Translations under genes and position numbers: made by a program
In this document: piece by piece, positions 1 through 12,834 of the stretch
How positions within the stretch are numbered: position 1 is the stretch's first letter
Layout of the letters: the number at the start of each line of letters is the position of its first letter
Source of the DNA: the human T2T-CHM13v2.0 reference genome, Homo sapiens
Direction: 5' to 3' (one strand)
Assembly (NCBI RefSeq): GCF_009914755.1
Contig: NC_060929.1
Length of the DNA stretch: 64,000 bases
The notes under the pieces: generated by a model
Told to the model about the DNA's origin: nothing
The model's database searches: none
The model's input: the letters and a program-made list of their open reading frames with translations, nothing else

Positions 1-499
1 TGCAATGCACAGAATATTAATAAGTATTGAACAATATGGACATATCTAAAGGATGATACAGTCACAGAACTGAATATTATCTAAGAATTTAAAATGTTGT
101 TTCTACAGAACTTACATGAGCTAAAAAATATTTTATTAAATGTTAAAGCAAAGCACAAAACTACATTCAGAATGAACTGAAGCTTCTTGGAACAAGATAG
201 AGGTCTTGACAAAGTAAAGTATGCCACCAATTTTGAGAATACAGAGGAAAATGGAGTAGGCAGACAAGGCCGTATGGAAAGCAGAGTGTTCTGCTTGGGC
301 AGGACAATTATAGATTATTTTTAGTTTGTCTTTATATCTTTGTTTTTCTCCCAAATTATATGAACATGAATTGTTTTTATCATGAAAAGAATAATGAGTT
401 ATATGTTTTGAAAGACTACCATATTTCTACATAAACAAAAGATAATAGGTGAATGTCACTTATCCAGGCTCAGCAAATACAGTTTTGGTGTGAGGGCAG

Positions 500-850
500 T
501 TTGTATCACAATAATGCCGCATAACAACCATGAAATCTCAGAGGTACACAATAATAGACTGCAGGTTGACTAGGGCAGCTCTGCTCCATGTGTCTCTCAT
601 CCTGGGACTGGTGGGCTACCCGGAAGTGTTCTTTTCCTAATGAGGTGCAAGAGAGTGACCTGAAAAACAAAAGGTCTCCTAATCCTGGGCTGGATCTAGC
701 TCGTGATTATTTCTGTCCACATTGCATTAGCCAAAGCAAAGCAGATCTCATGGCTAAGCCCAAAGTCAAGGGAGGGACTGCAAAGTCATCTACCAAAGGG
801 CATGGATCCAAGAAAAGGGCAGAACTCTTCTGGAGATTGATGTTTTCTGT
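500..850 (-). mobile_element. Old MaLR LTR fragment (MLT1-like)
   Basis: cattgcattagccaaagcaaa...atggctaagcccaaagtcaaggg motif typical of reverse MLT1J/I-type LTRs. Confidence 0.55.
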
Positions 851-1002
851 TAAGCAAATAAAAATGTTACTTTGGAAACAGAAGTAAAATTAACTTCCTG
901 CAGTTATCTCTCTGAAGACTGTTGCTAATGTGCACTTTGTTTTGATTGTATTCACAAGTGAGAAACAGTTACCCTATTGAGCAGCTCTTTCTGTCTCTTT
1001 AG

Positions 1003-1152
1003 ATCCTGGCCAATGTGATCATTTTCATCTGTGGGAACCTGGCGGGAGCCTACCATAAGCACCTCATGGAACTCGCTCTTCAGCAAACATATCAGGACAC
1101 CTGTAATTGCATCAAGTCGCGGATCAAGTTGGAATTTGAAAAACGTCAACAG
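1003..1152 (+). CDS. ADCY2: Internal coding exon of adenylyl cyclase type 2 (probably exon 4): last TM helix of M1 plus start of helical domain before C1a
   Basis: Polypyrimidine tract ctctttctgtctctttAG (AG at 1001-1002), 150 nt = 50 codons ILANVIIFICGNLAGAYHKHLMELALQQTYQDTCNCIKSRIKLEFEKRQQ, donor CAG|GTAATG at 1152/1153; phase 0-0. Peptide recognised from memory as AC2; exon number is recalled, not shown by the window. Confidence 0.95.
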
Positions 1153-1292
1153 GTAATGGATGTTTCATCTTACATCCACATTATTTTAGTCATTATTAAA
1201 ATGATGCTGTTACTATTAATGTTGAGTGTCGTTCATTCATTCATGAGCTTCAGAAAAATCAGAGAAGAAACCCTGGGCTCTGCACCTGGGGA

Positions 1293-1720
1293 GTGTCTTA
1301 GTCTGCTTAGTGCTGCTATAAAGGAATACCTGAGGTTGGGTAATTTACCAAGAAAAGAGGTTTATTAGTCTCATGGTTCTACAGGCTGCACAAGAAGCCT
1401 GTGCCATGTCTACTTCTCGTGAATGCCTTTAACTGCCTCCACTCATGGATAATGGGTAATGTGCAGGGATCACTTAGCGAGAGAGGAAGCAAGAGAGAGG
1501 CAGGGAAGGAGGGGCAGTGCCAGGCTCTTTTGAACAACCAACTCTCATGGGAACAATAGAGTGAGAAACTCCCTCAAACTCCCTTCCCAGGGAGGGCATT
1601 TATGTGTCCATGAGGGATCCACCCCCAAGACACAAACACCTCCCACCAGGCCTCACCTCCAACACTGGGGATCAAATTTCAACATGAGATTTGGAGAGGA
1701 CAAGCATCTAAACTGTAATA
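1293..1720 (-). mobile_element. MST-family MaLR solo LTR
   Basis: Starts tgtcttagtc...gctgctataaaggaatacctgag; ends caaatttcaacatgagatttggagaggaca. Confidence 0.85.
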
Positions 1721-2619
1721 GAGAGTTATGATCAAAAGAGCAAAGATTGCATCTTCCCCATGCAGCCTTCAGACCAAGGGACCCAGGATCACCCACAGCC
1801 AGATACGCCAACCATCATCAACAAGTGGCTGGGGAAGTCAAATAAGAACAGTTCGTGAAAATGCTCACTTCTGGTTAGTGTTTATGACAAGCATTTGCAC
1901 CAGCAGAAGTATGAGCCTCCCCCTCATCGCCCCCTCACCGTGCTGTGCCATCACAGCACTTCCTACAGCGCCTGTTGTCCACATAGGATGAAATGTTGGA
2001 GTCTTCCTCAGGGAGGTGATTGAAGAGTCTGGGGAGGAGCCAGGTGTCGTTGTCAGGGGCATCCTAGGTTGATTGTTGTGGGTGACACAAATGCACATCA
2101 GGGAAATGTATAGACTGCAAGGAAGCATTACAGAAAACAAACAATGGAGACAATAGGAGATGTGTGGGGACCAAGATATCACCAAGGATGGTGGAAAGCA
2201 GGCACAACAGATGTACATGGAGAAGAAGCCATAGAGGGGCCCTGGATTTGCTGTGCTTCACTCCGGGTGATGGCAGATATCCATGTGAACAGCTGTGTGT
2301 TCCTGGGTTTGTGTATTTCTCACTGAGAATCCAGTCTGTAAAGCTAATAATTAGCATGGCTGGCTATAAACACTGTGCTCCCCCTCCCTGTGGGCCTTCA
2401 TCACATTACCTAAGCTCTTAGCAGTGTTTGGCATATCATGGATCCTTAATTATTGTTTGTGAAGTTGTATTGAGTTAGTTCACTCTATAAAATTTCATCA
2501 AAGTGTATTGTGGTAGGAGCAAAAAGTATATCCTTTAAATTTTGGCACTAGTCCTTTGTCTATGTGTGGACTGCTGAATGGTAATCATTCTTTTTTGAAA
2601 ACAGGGATCCAGGATATTA

Positions 2620-2700
2620 GTTCATTCATTCAACAAATATTTAGTGAACACCAAGGCTGTGGCAGGCATGGCTCTAGGCACTGGGATATAACTGTAAACA
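2620..2700 (-). mobile_element. LINE-2 3' end fragment
   Basis: ttcattcattcaacaaatatttagtgaacacc...ctaggcactgggata. Confidence 0.7.
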
Positions 2701-4976
2701 CTGCCTTTGCATTGGTATGATTAGAAAATATGGTTTGTTTTTAAAAAATACATTTTGTCTTACCACCTATATAGCAAAGGTATTCAGGAACCGATGTTTT
2801 TGTTTGTTTGTTTGTTCTAGATGTGTGTCAAATTCTGAATTCAAAATTAAGAGACATAGATAGTTGTTAACTTGGGACTATTATCCAGTTTATTCTTATG
2901 TACCTATTTTCAGTAACGTTTTACATCTGTGTTCTAGAAAATTCCACAGTTTGGACAAGGAGCCCTTAGCACTCATGGGTGGTCCTGCTGTAGTGCATGC
3001 TACAGGGTTCAAATGTTTTGGGAGAGATGGTTTCCTTTCTCAAGCAGTACAGACTGGAGCAAGTTGGGCCCGACAGACATGTTTAACTTTTTTTTCATCA
3101 GCTCTGTAATCTCCTTCAAAATAGCACTAAAGCTACAGAGAACAGAAATTCCAAGTAGATGGATTACATAACCTAATATTTTTAGGAACAGCTTTGATAA
3201 AAGCAGTTTCAGGTCACTGACCTCACCTGCACATCATATTTCTCTGAAGAGAACTGAGCAGCTGAAAGCACATGGCATCCCTTGCCACAGTGAGCTGAGG
3301 GTAAGAGGAGCCACATTGACCTTGTGGAGCTCAAGAACTGAACCATCATGGGAGACATTAGAAAGACATGCATCTACTAGTTTCAGAAAAGAAGTCAGTG
3401 ATTCTTTTAAAAATAAAGAAAGTGAGAAGGGACACTTTAAAGAAATAAGAACTGATATTAAATATGTTTAATATAATACAACTTCACATCACAAGAGCAT
3501 TTTGTCACAAGCGTTGGAAGTCCATTTCCAGAGTCTACTCCTAGAATGCAGTACCTTTCTTGTTAGGGCTTCGGAGAATATGTGTCTACGATGAGATGTG
3601 TTTGTACTTTTCTCAGACCAGCATGTAATTAAATGGGAAGAAGAGATTATCTTGGTTTAAAAAAAAAAAAAAACCATCAGTAAGATATAATCTGATAGAT
3701 TTAAGGAAACTAGTAAAAACTGGCCAGTGGCAATCTGTGTGACCTTCATAGAAGGGAGAGGCCCCTGAAACACTGAGGCCCAGTAGGGCCACTGATCAAA
3801 TTCAGGTTTGGGTTCCTTGTGTCACTTCCTGCTCACCCTGCACCACAAACCACCTTTCGCTTCATCCACAGTCACTGTGGCAAACAGTAATGTCCTTCAA
3901 AGTTCTTCATTCCGGAAGGATATGTGTTGACCAGCCAGAAAACAGTTTCAGTCATTGTTTAGATAAATAAATAGCATCCAATTTAATGTACACGTTAGCA
4001 GCTGCGTCAGAGAGAGCTGGTGCTCCCAGAGGTTGAGAGGCGGCCACCTTGGGAGTTCCTTGGCCTCGCTTCACAGCCCCACTCTCTGCTGTCCTTCCTC
4101 CTTGGAGAGGATACAGTGGCGGGTTAGCCCAGGAAGCCGTCCCTCTTCACCCAGGATTGGAGGGGGGGCACTGAAACTATTGGGACCTGTCTAACGATTC
4201 TGAAATCTTTTCAAAATTGCAAAACTCCATGCTGTCTTTTCTTCAGATTTTGTGATATTTTTCAGATGCAAGTGAGATGAATTTCTAAAGATTAAAGCCC
4301 ATGCTTGAATAAAGTGGCCATTTGTACTATAAGATTTTGAGGGAAGAAGGAATGAAAAATGTTGCTAGAGATTTTCTCAGAGTTGTGTTCTTGCCCTAAA
4401 AATGTTCTCATTATGAACAATAAAAATCATGACTTTTTACAAGGTAGGGAAAAGAATGCATTGCATTGGAATTGAGGCCGCCTTTAGAAACAGAAGGTAT
4501 TCACCTGTCTCGAGTTTTGACTTTTGTCTTAAGTTTCATATCCCACAGTAAAATCCGCAGCTGTTTCCTGAGCACCGTGTAGTGTGGCAGATGGCTCTTA
4601 TCAGACCTGAGAAAACATATTTCAGTGAGTGTTGCTCTCTGGGGTATGTAATAGGCTCTCAGGAATTAATGAGAGCTGGATTCACAGCAAAATAAGAACA
4701 CTGTTTGCTAACTGCCTAGGCAGTTGAAATAAATGCTGTTTCCGTAGGAGTAAAAGCCAGGTTTGCTATTTCATAGAGGGAGAATAAACCCTCTTTAATT
4801 TATATATTGTCTTTGTTTTAGAATAATTTAACAAATTTTTATGTGATTTACTTAATCTGAACCATCCTGTGGATCAAATATGACAGAACATTCCTTTTAG
4901 TAAAAAATACTAGTCGGGCGAGGCTCAGAGACCCCATGCTATACCTGGATTCTGCAACTCTCTGTGGGGATTCTGG

Positions 4977-5018
4977 CTTTCTGGCTGTAGTCTTTCTGGC
5001 TGTAGTCTTTCTGGCTGT
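4977..5018. repeat. 15-bp minisatellite, ~2.8 copies (ctttctggctgtagt)
   Basis: Direct tandem copies at 4977, 4992, 5007. Confidence 0.9.
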
Positions 5019-5320
5019 CCTTGGATGCAAAATTGTTTTCCTCTCTGCAGAATTTAGTGGAACAAGAAAGTGATCCTTGGGTGGTCATGGCTGGGTAGAT
5101 AATGACAAATTTACCTGTTTTTAATCCTAATGTGATAGCAGGTATTATAACGGCTTTATTGAATGCATTTTATGGCTCATTTGTTTTGCAAGGTGAAGAG
5201 TTTTTGAAGTTTTTCTAGATTTGGGCTGCTAAAATTTGGAAAAGCAAACAGAAGCAAGTACTATTTCTTTAAGTTTTTATAATGTCCTGGGTACTTTATG
5301 TAGTACTTTATGTGTACTGT

Positions 5321-6175
5321 TGTATCAGACTCCTATTGCTGCTGTAACAAATTTCCACAAATTTGATGGCTTAAAACAGAACAGATTTTTTATCTTACAG
5401 TTTCAGAGGTTACAAGTCCAAAATCAGTCTCACTGAGCTAAAGTCAAGATATTAGCAGGGCTGTTTTTTTCTGGAGATTTTGAAGGGAGAATTCATTTCC
5501 TGGCCTTTTCAAGCTTCCGAAGGCTGCTTGCATTCTTTGGCTCCTAGATCCTAGACCCTTTCCACCATATGTAAAGTCATGAGGGTAGAATCTTTCAATT
5601 GCTTTCTCTCTCTCTCTCCTTGTCTTTTTTTTTTTTTTTTTGAGATGCAGTCTGGCTCTGTCACCCAGGCTGGAGTGCAGTGTCATGATCTCGGCTCACT
5701 GCAACCTCTGCCCCCTGGGGCTCAACAGATCCTCCCACCTCAGTCTCCCAAGTAGGAGGGACTACAGGTGTCCACCACCACACCTGGCTAACTTTTGTTA
5801 TTTATTGTATTTTGTATTTGTTTTGCCATGTTGCCCAGGCTGGTCTTGCACTCCTGATCTCAAGCAATCCACCCACCTTGGCTTCCCAAAGTGCTGGGAT
5901 TACAGGCATGAGCCACTGAGCCCGGCCTGTCTCTGACTTTTGATTCTGCTGTTGCATCTTCTTCCTTTTCTCTGACTCCAACCCTCCTGCTTTACTCTTA
6001 TGGCTTCTGTAATTACACTGGACTAACCGGGCTAATCCAAGATAAACTCACCATCTCAAGATCTTTAATTTAATCACATCCACAAAATCCCTGGTTTGCC
6101 ATGTAACCTAACATAGTCCCAGATTCCAAGGATTAAGATGGAGATACTTTTGTGGGACCGTTAGTCAGCCTACCA
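5321..6175 (-). mobile_element. MLT1 (D/E-like) MaLR LTR interrupted by an Alu
   Basis: attgctgctgtaacaaatttccacaaa...ggcttaaaacag start; ccatctcaagatctttaatttaatcacatc...cagcctaccac end. Confidence 0.8.
5625..5927 (-). mobile_element. AluJ-like element
   Basis: Poly-T then gagatgcagtctggctctgtcacccagg...; J-type gggctcaa..gatcctcccacc; ends cccggcc. Confidence 0.9.
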
Positions 6176-7921
6176 CTCTCCGTCTTCTTTATTCCTACAG
6201 CAACTCTAGGACCTAAGTCGTTTTTCCCATTTAAACCGAATAAAGAAACTGCTCACATTACTTGGCCCCAGATCACTCAGTGAGTAAGTGTAACTTCCAG
6301 GGCCCTTCTGTCTTTCAAGTTGGTTTTGCATGGGTTTTCTGGTCTGATCTCTGGGAATGTTAACTGGAGATTTTCCAGGACGTGAAGGACTCTCTGATGG
6401 AAGTCCTAAAAAGAGTAGGAACAACTTTGAGCAACTTTAAGCATCCAAAATGGTATCCTGCTAAGAAGGCAGTCAGTAGCTGTTCTTCCATTGAATTCTC
6501 ATGCACTAACATGAAGCAACAGAAATCAGCTGCCATCTTACTCCCTCCATGACCATGCTGAGGCATGGGGAGGGTTTGATGCCAGCCATGCCATCCCCAA
6601 AGATCCCTCCAGGGTCAGCTTTCTTCTTCCTGGAGGCAAGAAGATTGAACAGAGGAGTCTGCAGCTTTGTCTGCTTGGACATGTGGTGGTGAGTTATTCA
6701 AAACAGTCTTTTACCAACCCCATCTCTGCATGTTCAGTTTACCTTTTGCCAATGAAACGGACCTTACGAGGACTCATCAATGACAAGACTAATTGTTTTA
6801 CCCAATTGTCTTCACCTGAGTTGTTACATGGACTTGAGGTGAGGCATCTCAACAGTTATGTACCTTTTCATAAAGCCAAGCTGGACATTAATAGTGTGAG
6901 AGGAATTCAAGCCAGTGAGACTTTCTCACTGCAGTTGCTGAAGAATTAAAGCAGCACATTTTAATATAAATGTCACGCCTGAGCTTTGAGGTGCAGGGCT
7001 GGGGGATGCGCCCAACAGAGAGAGCCTAACAGGAGAAACACACATCGTGCGGCAGGTACAGTTTGGCTCAGATATAAAGGCCTTGCCTGGGTTCTGACAT
7101 CTCAGACCATTAATTAAACTCTTCCACGCCCCCTGCTTATGTTTTTGAGATCTCCACTTTTCATCTTTTATTAAATCATTAGTTGTGTCATTTTTTTCTT
7201 TGGTATCTCCTCCTTGGTAAAGAGGCCATAACTTCCATCCATCTTGGTCATCACATTTTTTTCATTCTGTAAATGATTAGTATATACTTTTCTCTTTGGC
7301 ATCTCTTCCCCAGTGCAGAGGGCATAGCTTAAGCCAGTGTTGGTTATTGCTTTTATCTCAACTCTCATTGGTGTAACATTAAATGATGTGGAAGACTACA
7401 CATACACTTTACTTGAAAACTGAAAAAAAAATGAAGAGCTGAGATGTTATAAAAGGTTCTCATCACAGTGTTTGCTATTCCAATCCATCGGAATGATCTT
7501 TAAGAAATATTTTCACAGTTTGCACCACACTGTATTATACTGGTTACTTAAATTCTCATGAAGCTCAGATGTCATGCCTCATTGAGAAGTTCCAGGACAA
7601 GATGTTTCAGGATGCTACAATTTTGCCATGATGTTTATGGATGCTTTTAAATGAGAAACGAAAATTAACTCCAGAAAATTGTCAATAATCCTTAAATCAA
7701 GTCTGCAGTATTTTCTGAGAAGTCCTTTAGTTAGAATGGTTGAGATCACCACAAATTTGCGAAGATTGCAATGAAGATTGTGCTATGACTGTGCAATCAA
7801 CCTCCTTTAAGGAGGAGTCAACAGTTACAGATCCAAGATCCAGGGGGAGGATGAAGGAACTCTCAGGAATCACTGTCCAGTATTGATGCCTAACAAAGAA
7901 TATAAATGCAGGCCATTATAG

Positions 7922-8337
<416 letters not shown>

Positions 8338-9599
8338 TTATAGCAATTAATTAAGCAGAGATTCTTTTAATGGTTAAATATATGCAGGTGTCTATTTACA
8401 TCATGGCAGTAGAAAAGCCAAATGATAAAATTAAACCTTCTAGAAGTTTTCTCTGTGTAAGAAACTTGAGCAAGACCTCCTGCTCATGTCCACAGTGAAG
8501 AAGCAACTCACCTGTCTTGTTGAAGAAACACCTGGAAACAGTTATATTACTCCAGATTATCACAAGCAGATTTTTGTTGATAATAAGAAGCCCCCAAAAC
8601 CAGAAGTCATGTACTAAGGAGAGGACCTGATTTTGATGTTTCTGAGAGCCCTAGAATTTTCAATATTTCCTGGGGACTGCCTATTTTTAATACTCTGTGA
8701 TATGGTACTTTGATGCTGGTAAGAATGTTTAATAGGCAAAGAATAATCTAGTTAAAAGATTCAAGACAATTTGACATCATTTGATACCAGTAAAATAAAC
8801 CCAATAAAAAGCAATTCTAAAATGAGCCCTTTTGTTTCATTAAACATTCTTGTGATATTTGTCACATATAGAAACAAAACTCAAGTCTTCTGTGATTGCC
8901 ATCATATTTTTCTTCCTGCAAATGTAATCACAGATAGGCCACTATGCCTTTTAATGGGGGGGAAAGGCATTTTGAACTTACTTTCATGGGGCTGACTTCA
9001 AAATGTTAAAGTTACTGATCATGCATATTTAATAGTATATTACCATGAGCACAGTTGCAGATACATATACCTCCTATGGCACTAGTGATGTGTTTACTGA
9101 ACCGAGGTATCCATTTATATCTGTAACAAATTGAAGGTTAGGACTCATGAACTTTAGGGTTTTGTAAATTGCATATGTGTTTTCAAATGGTATTATTTTT
9201 GGAGATTATACTTTTAGGGTTATCTGAGTGCTGTCAAGATTTTATTTTATCCTAGAACTTCTGTAGAAAAGTCCTTTAATGTACTTACGGATGATGGGCC
9301 ATTTAATATATGTGTGTTACTGGATGTGACAATTCCCCCCAAAGACTAACGTTGTCATAAATGTGGACTATATGATGCACTCAGAATGCAATGCAAGAGG
9401 CATGTGAGATAATGATACTCACATAAACACATTCATACCCTTTTCAAATTGCATAGTATTTTTACATATATTCTTCTGTTAAATACAGGATTATACAAGA
9501 TGCAGAAAAGCCCTCTTGTCCTATTTATCAAATTTACAGGTTTTTTTTTTTTTGGCTTGTTAGGTGCTGGCAATTTTCCCAGGTTGGGGAATGCAGAGG

Positions 9600-11780
9600 T
9601 AGCCAAGACTAGAGGTCCCTGTTCTCTTTGCGCTTAAATTCTAATAGCAGGTGATAGACTGTAACTTATCAAATCCATAATTTCATGAGAAGATATAACA
9701 AGATAATGTGACAAAGCATGGTGGCTGGAGAAGACCAAGAGGCCTATTGGAGGGGCCAGGCAGGGAGGCTTCTCTGGGGATGTGATATCTAGGTTGAAAT
9801 ATGAATTGCTGAAGGTCTCAGACCTAGGAGGGCCTGAGAAAAATGTTCCCAGCAAAAGAAGTGGGAACTACCAAGGTCCTGAGTCAGGAGCCAGGTGGCC
9901 TGTTTGAGAAACATAGGGGTCAGTGGGACAGTTGCGGGGAGAGAGGCAGGAGCCAGACTACACGCTGGGCCTTGCAAGGTGGGTCAAGGACTTGGGATGT
10001 TATACTGAGTGGGAAGTCACTGAAGGGTTTTGAGTAAGATAGCAACGTAAACTGATTAACAGTCTTAGAGGATCCTTCTAGCTCCTAGTAGAGGATGGGT
10101 TGGAGAAGGGATGAGTGTTAGTAGGTGACTCCTTGGAAGCCATGGCATACTATGGCAGCAGTACAGGCTGGATACAGGAATAGCTTGGGTGAGAGTGGAC
10201 AGATTTAGGACATATTTTAAAATTGATTTAGTATGGGTTACTTTTGGATTAGCTGCTGAGTGAAATAAAAATAAAATAATGAAGAGAACTTTCTGGGGTT
10301 TGAGCTTGAGCAACTGGATGATGGTTGGTGTGGCATCTAACATTTCAACATCTTGGTCACTTTATTTATTGGGAGGTAAGGTACAGTAGAAATCCAGATT
10401 TGAGTTTTTAACAGCTAATTTCAAGATGCCAAGCAGCAGCTGTAAATAAGATCTGGAGTTAAAGATGTGAACTTGAAAGTCATCAGCATATAGTTCCTAT
10501 TTCAAGCTACAGGACCAGATGAGATGCCCCAAGGAGAGAGTGGGATTAGAAAAGATAAAAAGGGTCCAGGACCAAACCTCAAAGCACACTAACATTTGAG
10601 CAGGAATAGAGGAAGATGAAGAAGCCCAAGTCACTGAGAAAAATCAACCAGTTATATAGATGATTTGTTTTTTCCTAATTTAGTCTTGAGTTCCCTCTCA
10701 TGATAGTGGCTGTAAACTCTAGCCCTGCCCTGACGGGGATCCTGGGGATGTGGTTGTGGGTTTTTCCCATGTGCCTTTCATGGGATCCTTCTTTGACCTC
10801 ACAGACAGCCTGATACCTAAGTGTTTAGCCTGTGGCCAGGTGTCCCTCTCACGGGAAGCTTGTTTATCCTGGCACATGCCCTTGTGGCTCTCATCTGACC
10901 TGTGTCTAGTTTATTCCTACCAAGGCAGCCACTCTCCCAGAGAGCCCTGACCAGGACAGAAGTTAGGATGGGGTAGAAGAGGCAACTCATCAGAACCCAT
11001 GAAATAACAGAAGCAGTTTATTGTTTACAGATCTGGAGAAGAGAGGGCGCAGCACCATTTGCAGGGCCAGCAAAAAGCAGGGAGCCATCCAGGACACACA
11101 GGCTCAACCAGCAGGTGCAGAATGAGAGAGAGAGGGAGCTGTGGGCCAAAGCCTTCGCTGGGGTTCAGGACATTGTGCAATCAGGTTTCTAATCGGTGGG
11201 TTTAGAACAAGCAGGCACATGCCCTATGGCATCATGCTGTGACTGAGAGAAGGTCAGTGTGGGTGGGATACCTGTGCAGTCTATGCAGGGTGTGGGGATT
11301 AGTAGGGTGTATCCAGCTGTCCTACAGGGAGGTGGTTACCAGAAGGCAGTATACAAGGCAGATGTCTTGATTGACCACCTTGAGAAACTGCAAGGAGGTA
11401 GGGGGGATGGAAACTGTGTCAAACATGATTAGGCTTTGCATGAGTAAGACCAATCTAAATTTAAAATTGATGCCAAAGCAACAAAAAATTATAAGAATTC
11501 ACCACAATAGGGGAAAAGCCAGAGAGAATGGTTCAATAGAAGCCAAGAGAAGAAGGTATAAGTGGGATAGTGGCCAACATAGTCACATGCTGTAGAGTCA
11601 TAGTGAGAAGAGGGTAAAGGAGTGACCACTGGTCTTGAACAAATGGTGGTCACCAGTGGCCTGGACAATAAGTTTAAGTGGAGCAATCATGCTAAAGTGA
11701 CTGAGGTTAGGTGAAGAGGAGACAGGAGGTGCGGAAGCCATGCAGTGAGTTCCCACAGCTCTTCTGATGTATGTAGCAGA
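9600..11780 (-). mobile_element. LINE-2 fragment split by the LTR at 10661-11506
   Basis: gggaggcttctctggggatgtgatatctagg, gtcatcagcatatag and gaagccaagagaag motifs; L2 sequence resumes colinearly after 11506. Confidence 0.75.
10661..11506 (-). mobile_element. ERVL-type solo LTR (MER54-like)
   Basis: TG...CA termini; reverse complement begins tgtggtgaattcttat, as I recall for MER54; near-perfect 5-bp TSD ATAGA/ATAGG. Confidence 0.7.
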
Positions 11781-12024
11781 GAAGAGGAGCCAAGAAATGC
11801 CGCGGGGTTTGTTTGTTCAAGATTTTCTATGCTCATGGCATAAATCAAAGTTGTATTACACATCTTAATAATGCATCTTTGGTAATACATTTTAAATTGC
11901 CTGTTAATTATTTCTAATTTATTATATTACATAGTTTTCCTAATATGTTGTATTCTGAATCATTGATTCTAAGGAAGGGATGGGTACAAGGGTTGGTTGA
12001 TTTTTATAGAAAGGCAACAGTTGG

Positions 12025-12310
12025 GGCCGGGTGTGCTGGCTCAGACCTATAATCCCAGCACTTTGGGAGGCCAAGGCAGGCGGATCACCTGAGGTCAGGA
12101 GTTCAAGACCAGCCTGGCCAAAATGGCGAAACCCTGTCTCTACTAGAAATACAAAAATTAGCCAGATGTGGTGGTGAGTGCCTGTAATCTCAGGAGGCGG
12201 AGGTTGCAGTGAGCCGAGATATCACAACACTGCACTACAGCCTGGGTAACAGAGTGAGACTCCGTCTCAAAAAAAAAAAAAAAAAAAAGAGAAGAAGAAG
12301 AAGAAGAAAG
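12025..12310 (+). mobile_element. AluS with ~40-nt deletion in right arm; A tail followed by (GAA)n
   Basis: ggccgggtgtgctggctc...; cctgtaatctcag joins directly to gaggcggaggttgc; TSD-like agaaaggcaac on both sides. Confidence 0.92.
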
Positions 12311-12834
12311 GCAACTGAGTTTGCTCCATTACATTCATTACAGTTACTAAATAATCACAGCTGTAGTCCATTGTAGCTAATGTTCTAGTAATAGCTACTA
12401 AAAAGGTTTTAATCCAAATAGAAACAAAGGAAAAGTTATTTTAAAATAGGCAAATAACCTGGAAAGCATGAAAAGGAATAAAATGTCAACAAGATTTTAG
12501 GTAAAATGAAAAGAATACATTAAGACAAAAATTCAAGCCTCTACTAAGTTTAACTATGTTTTAGAAGGTATATTAAAGTAAAAATATAAAATTAAATGTT
12601 AAAAATAAACCAACTGATCCTCTAGGCAAAAGAATCAGCACATATCAGTGCATGTCATGTTATAACCATATTCCAGGGAAGAACTGCTATCCAGAGCATG
12701 AGAGTTTCAAGGTTGGGCAGTTTAACTACAAGCACAATCCTCATTATAAATATGGAAAAAGCAAAAAGGCTAGGAGCTTCTCCTCCAGGTAAACATCAAT
12801 CAGCAGCCAGTAGAATTATTAGAGCTGAAATGCA

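Noticed and set aside
1015-1368. 117-aa ORF with a hydrophobic C-terminal half
   Set aside because: Only 1003-1152 is exon. The rest is read-through past the GT donor into intron and MST LTR, with no evidence of retention.
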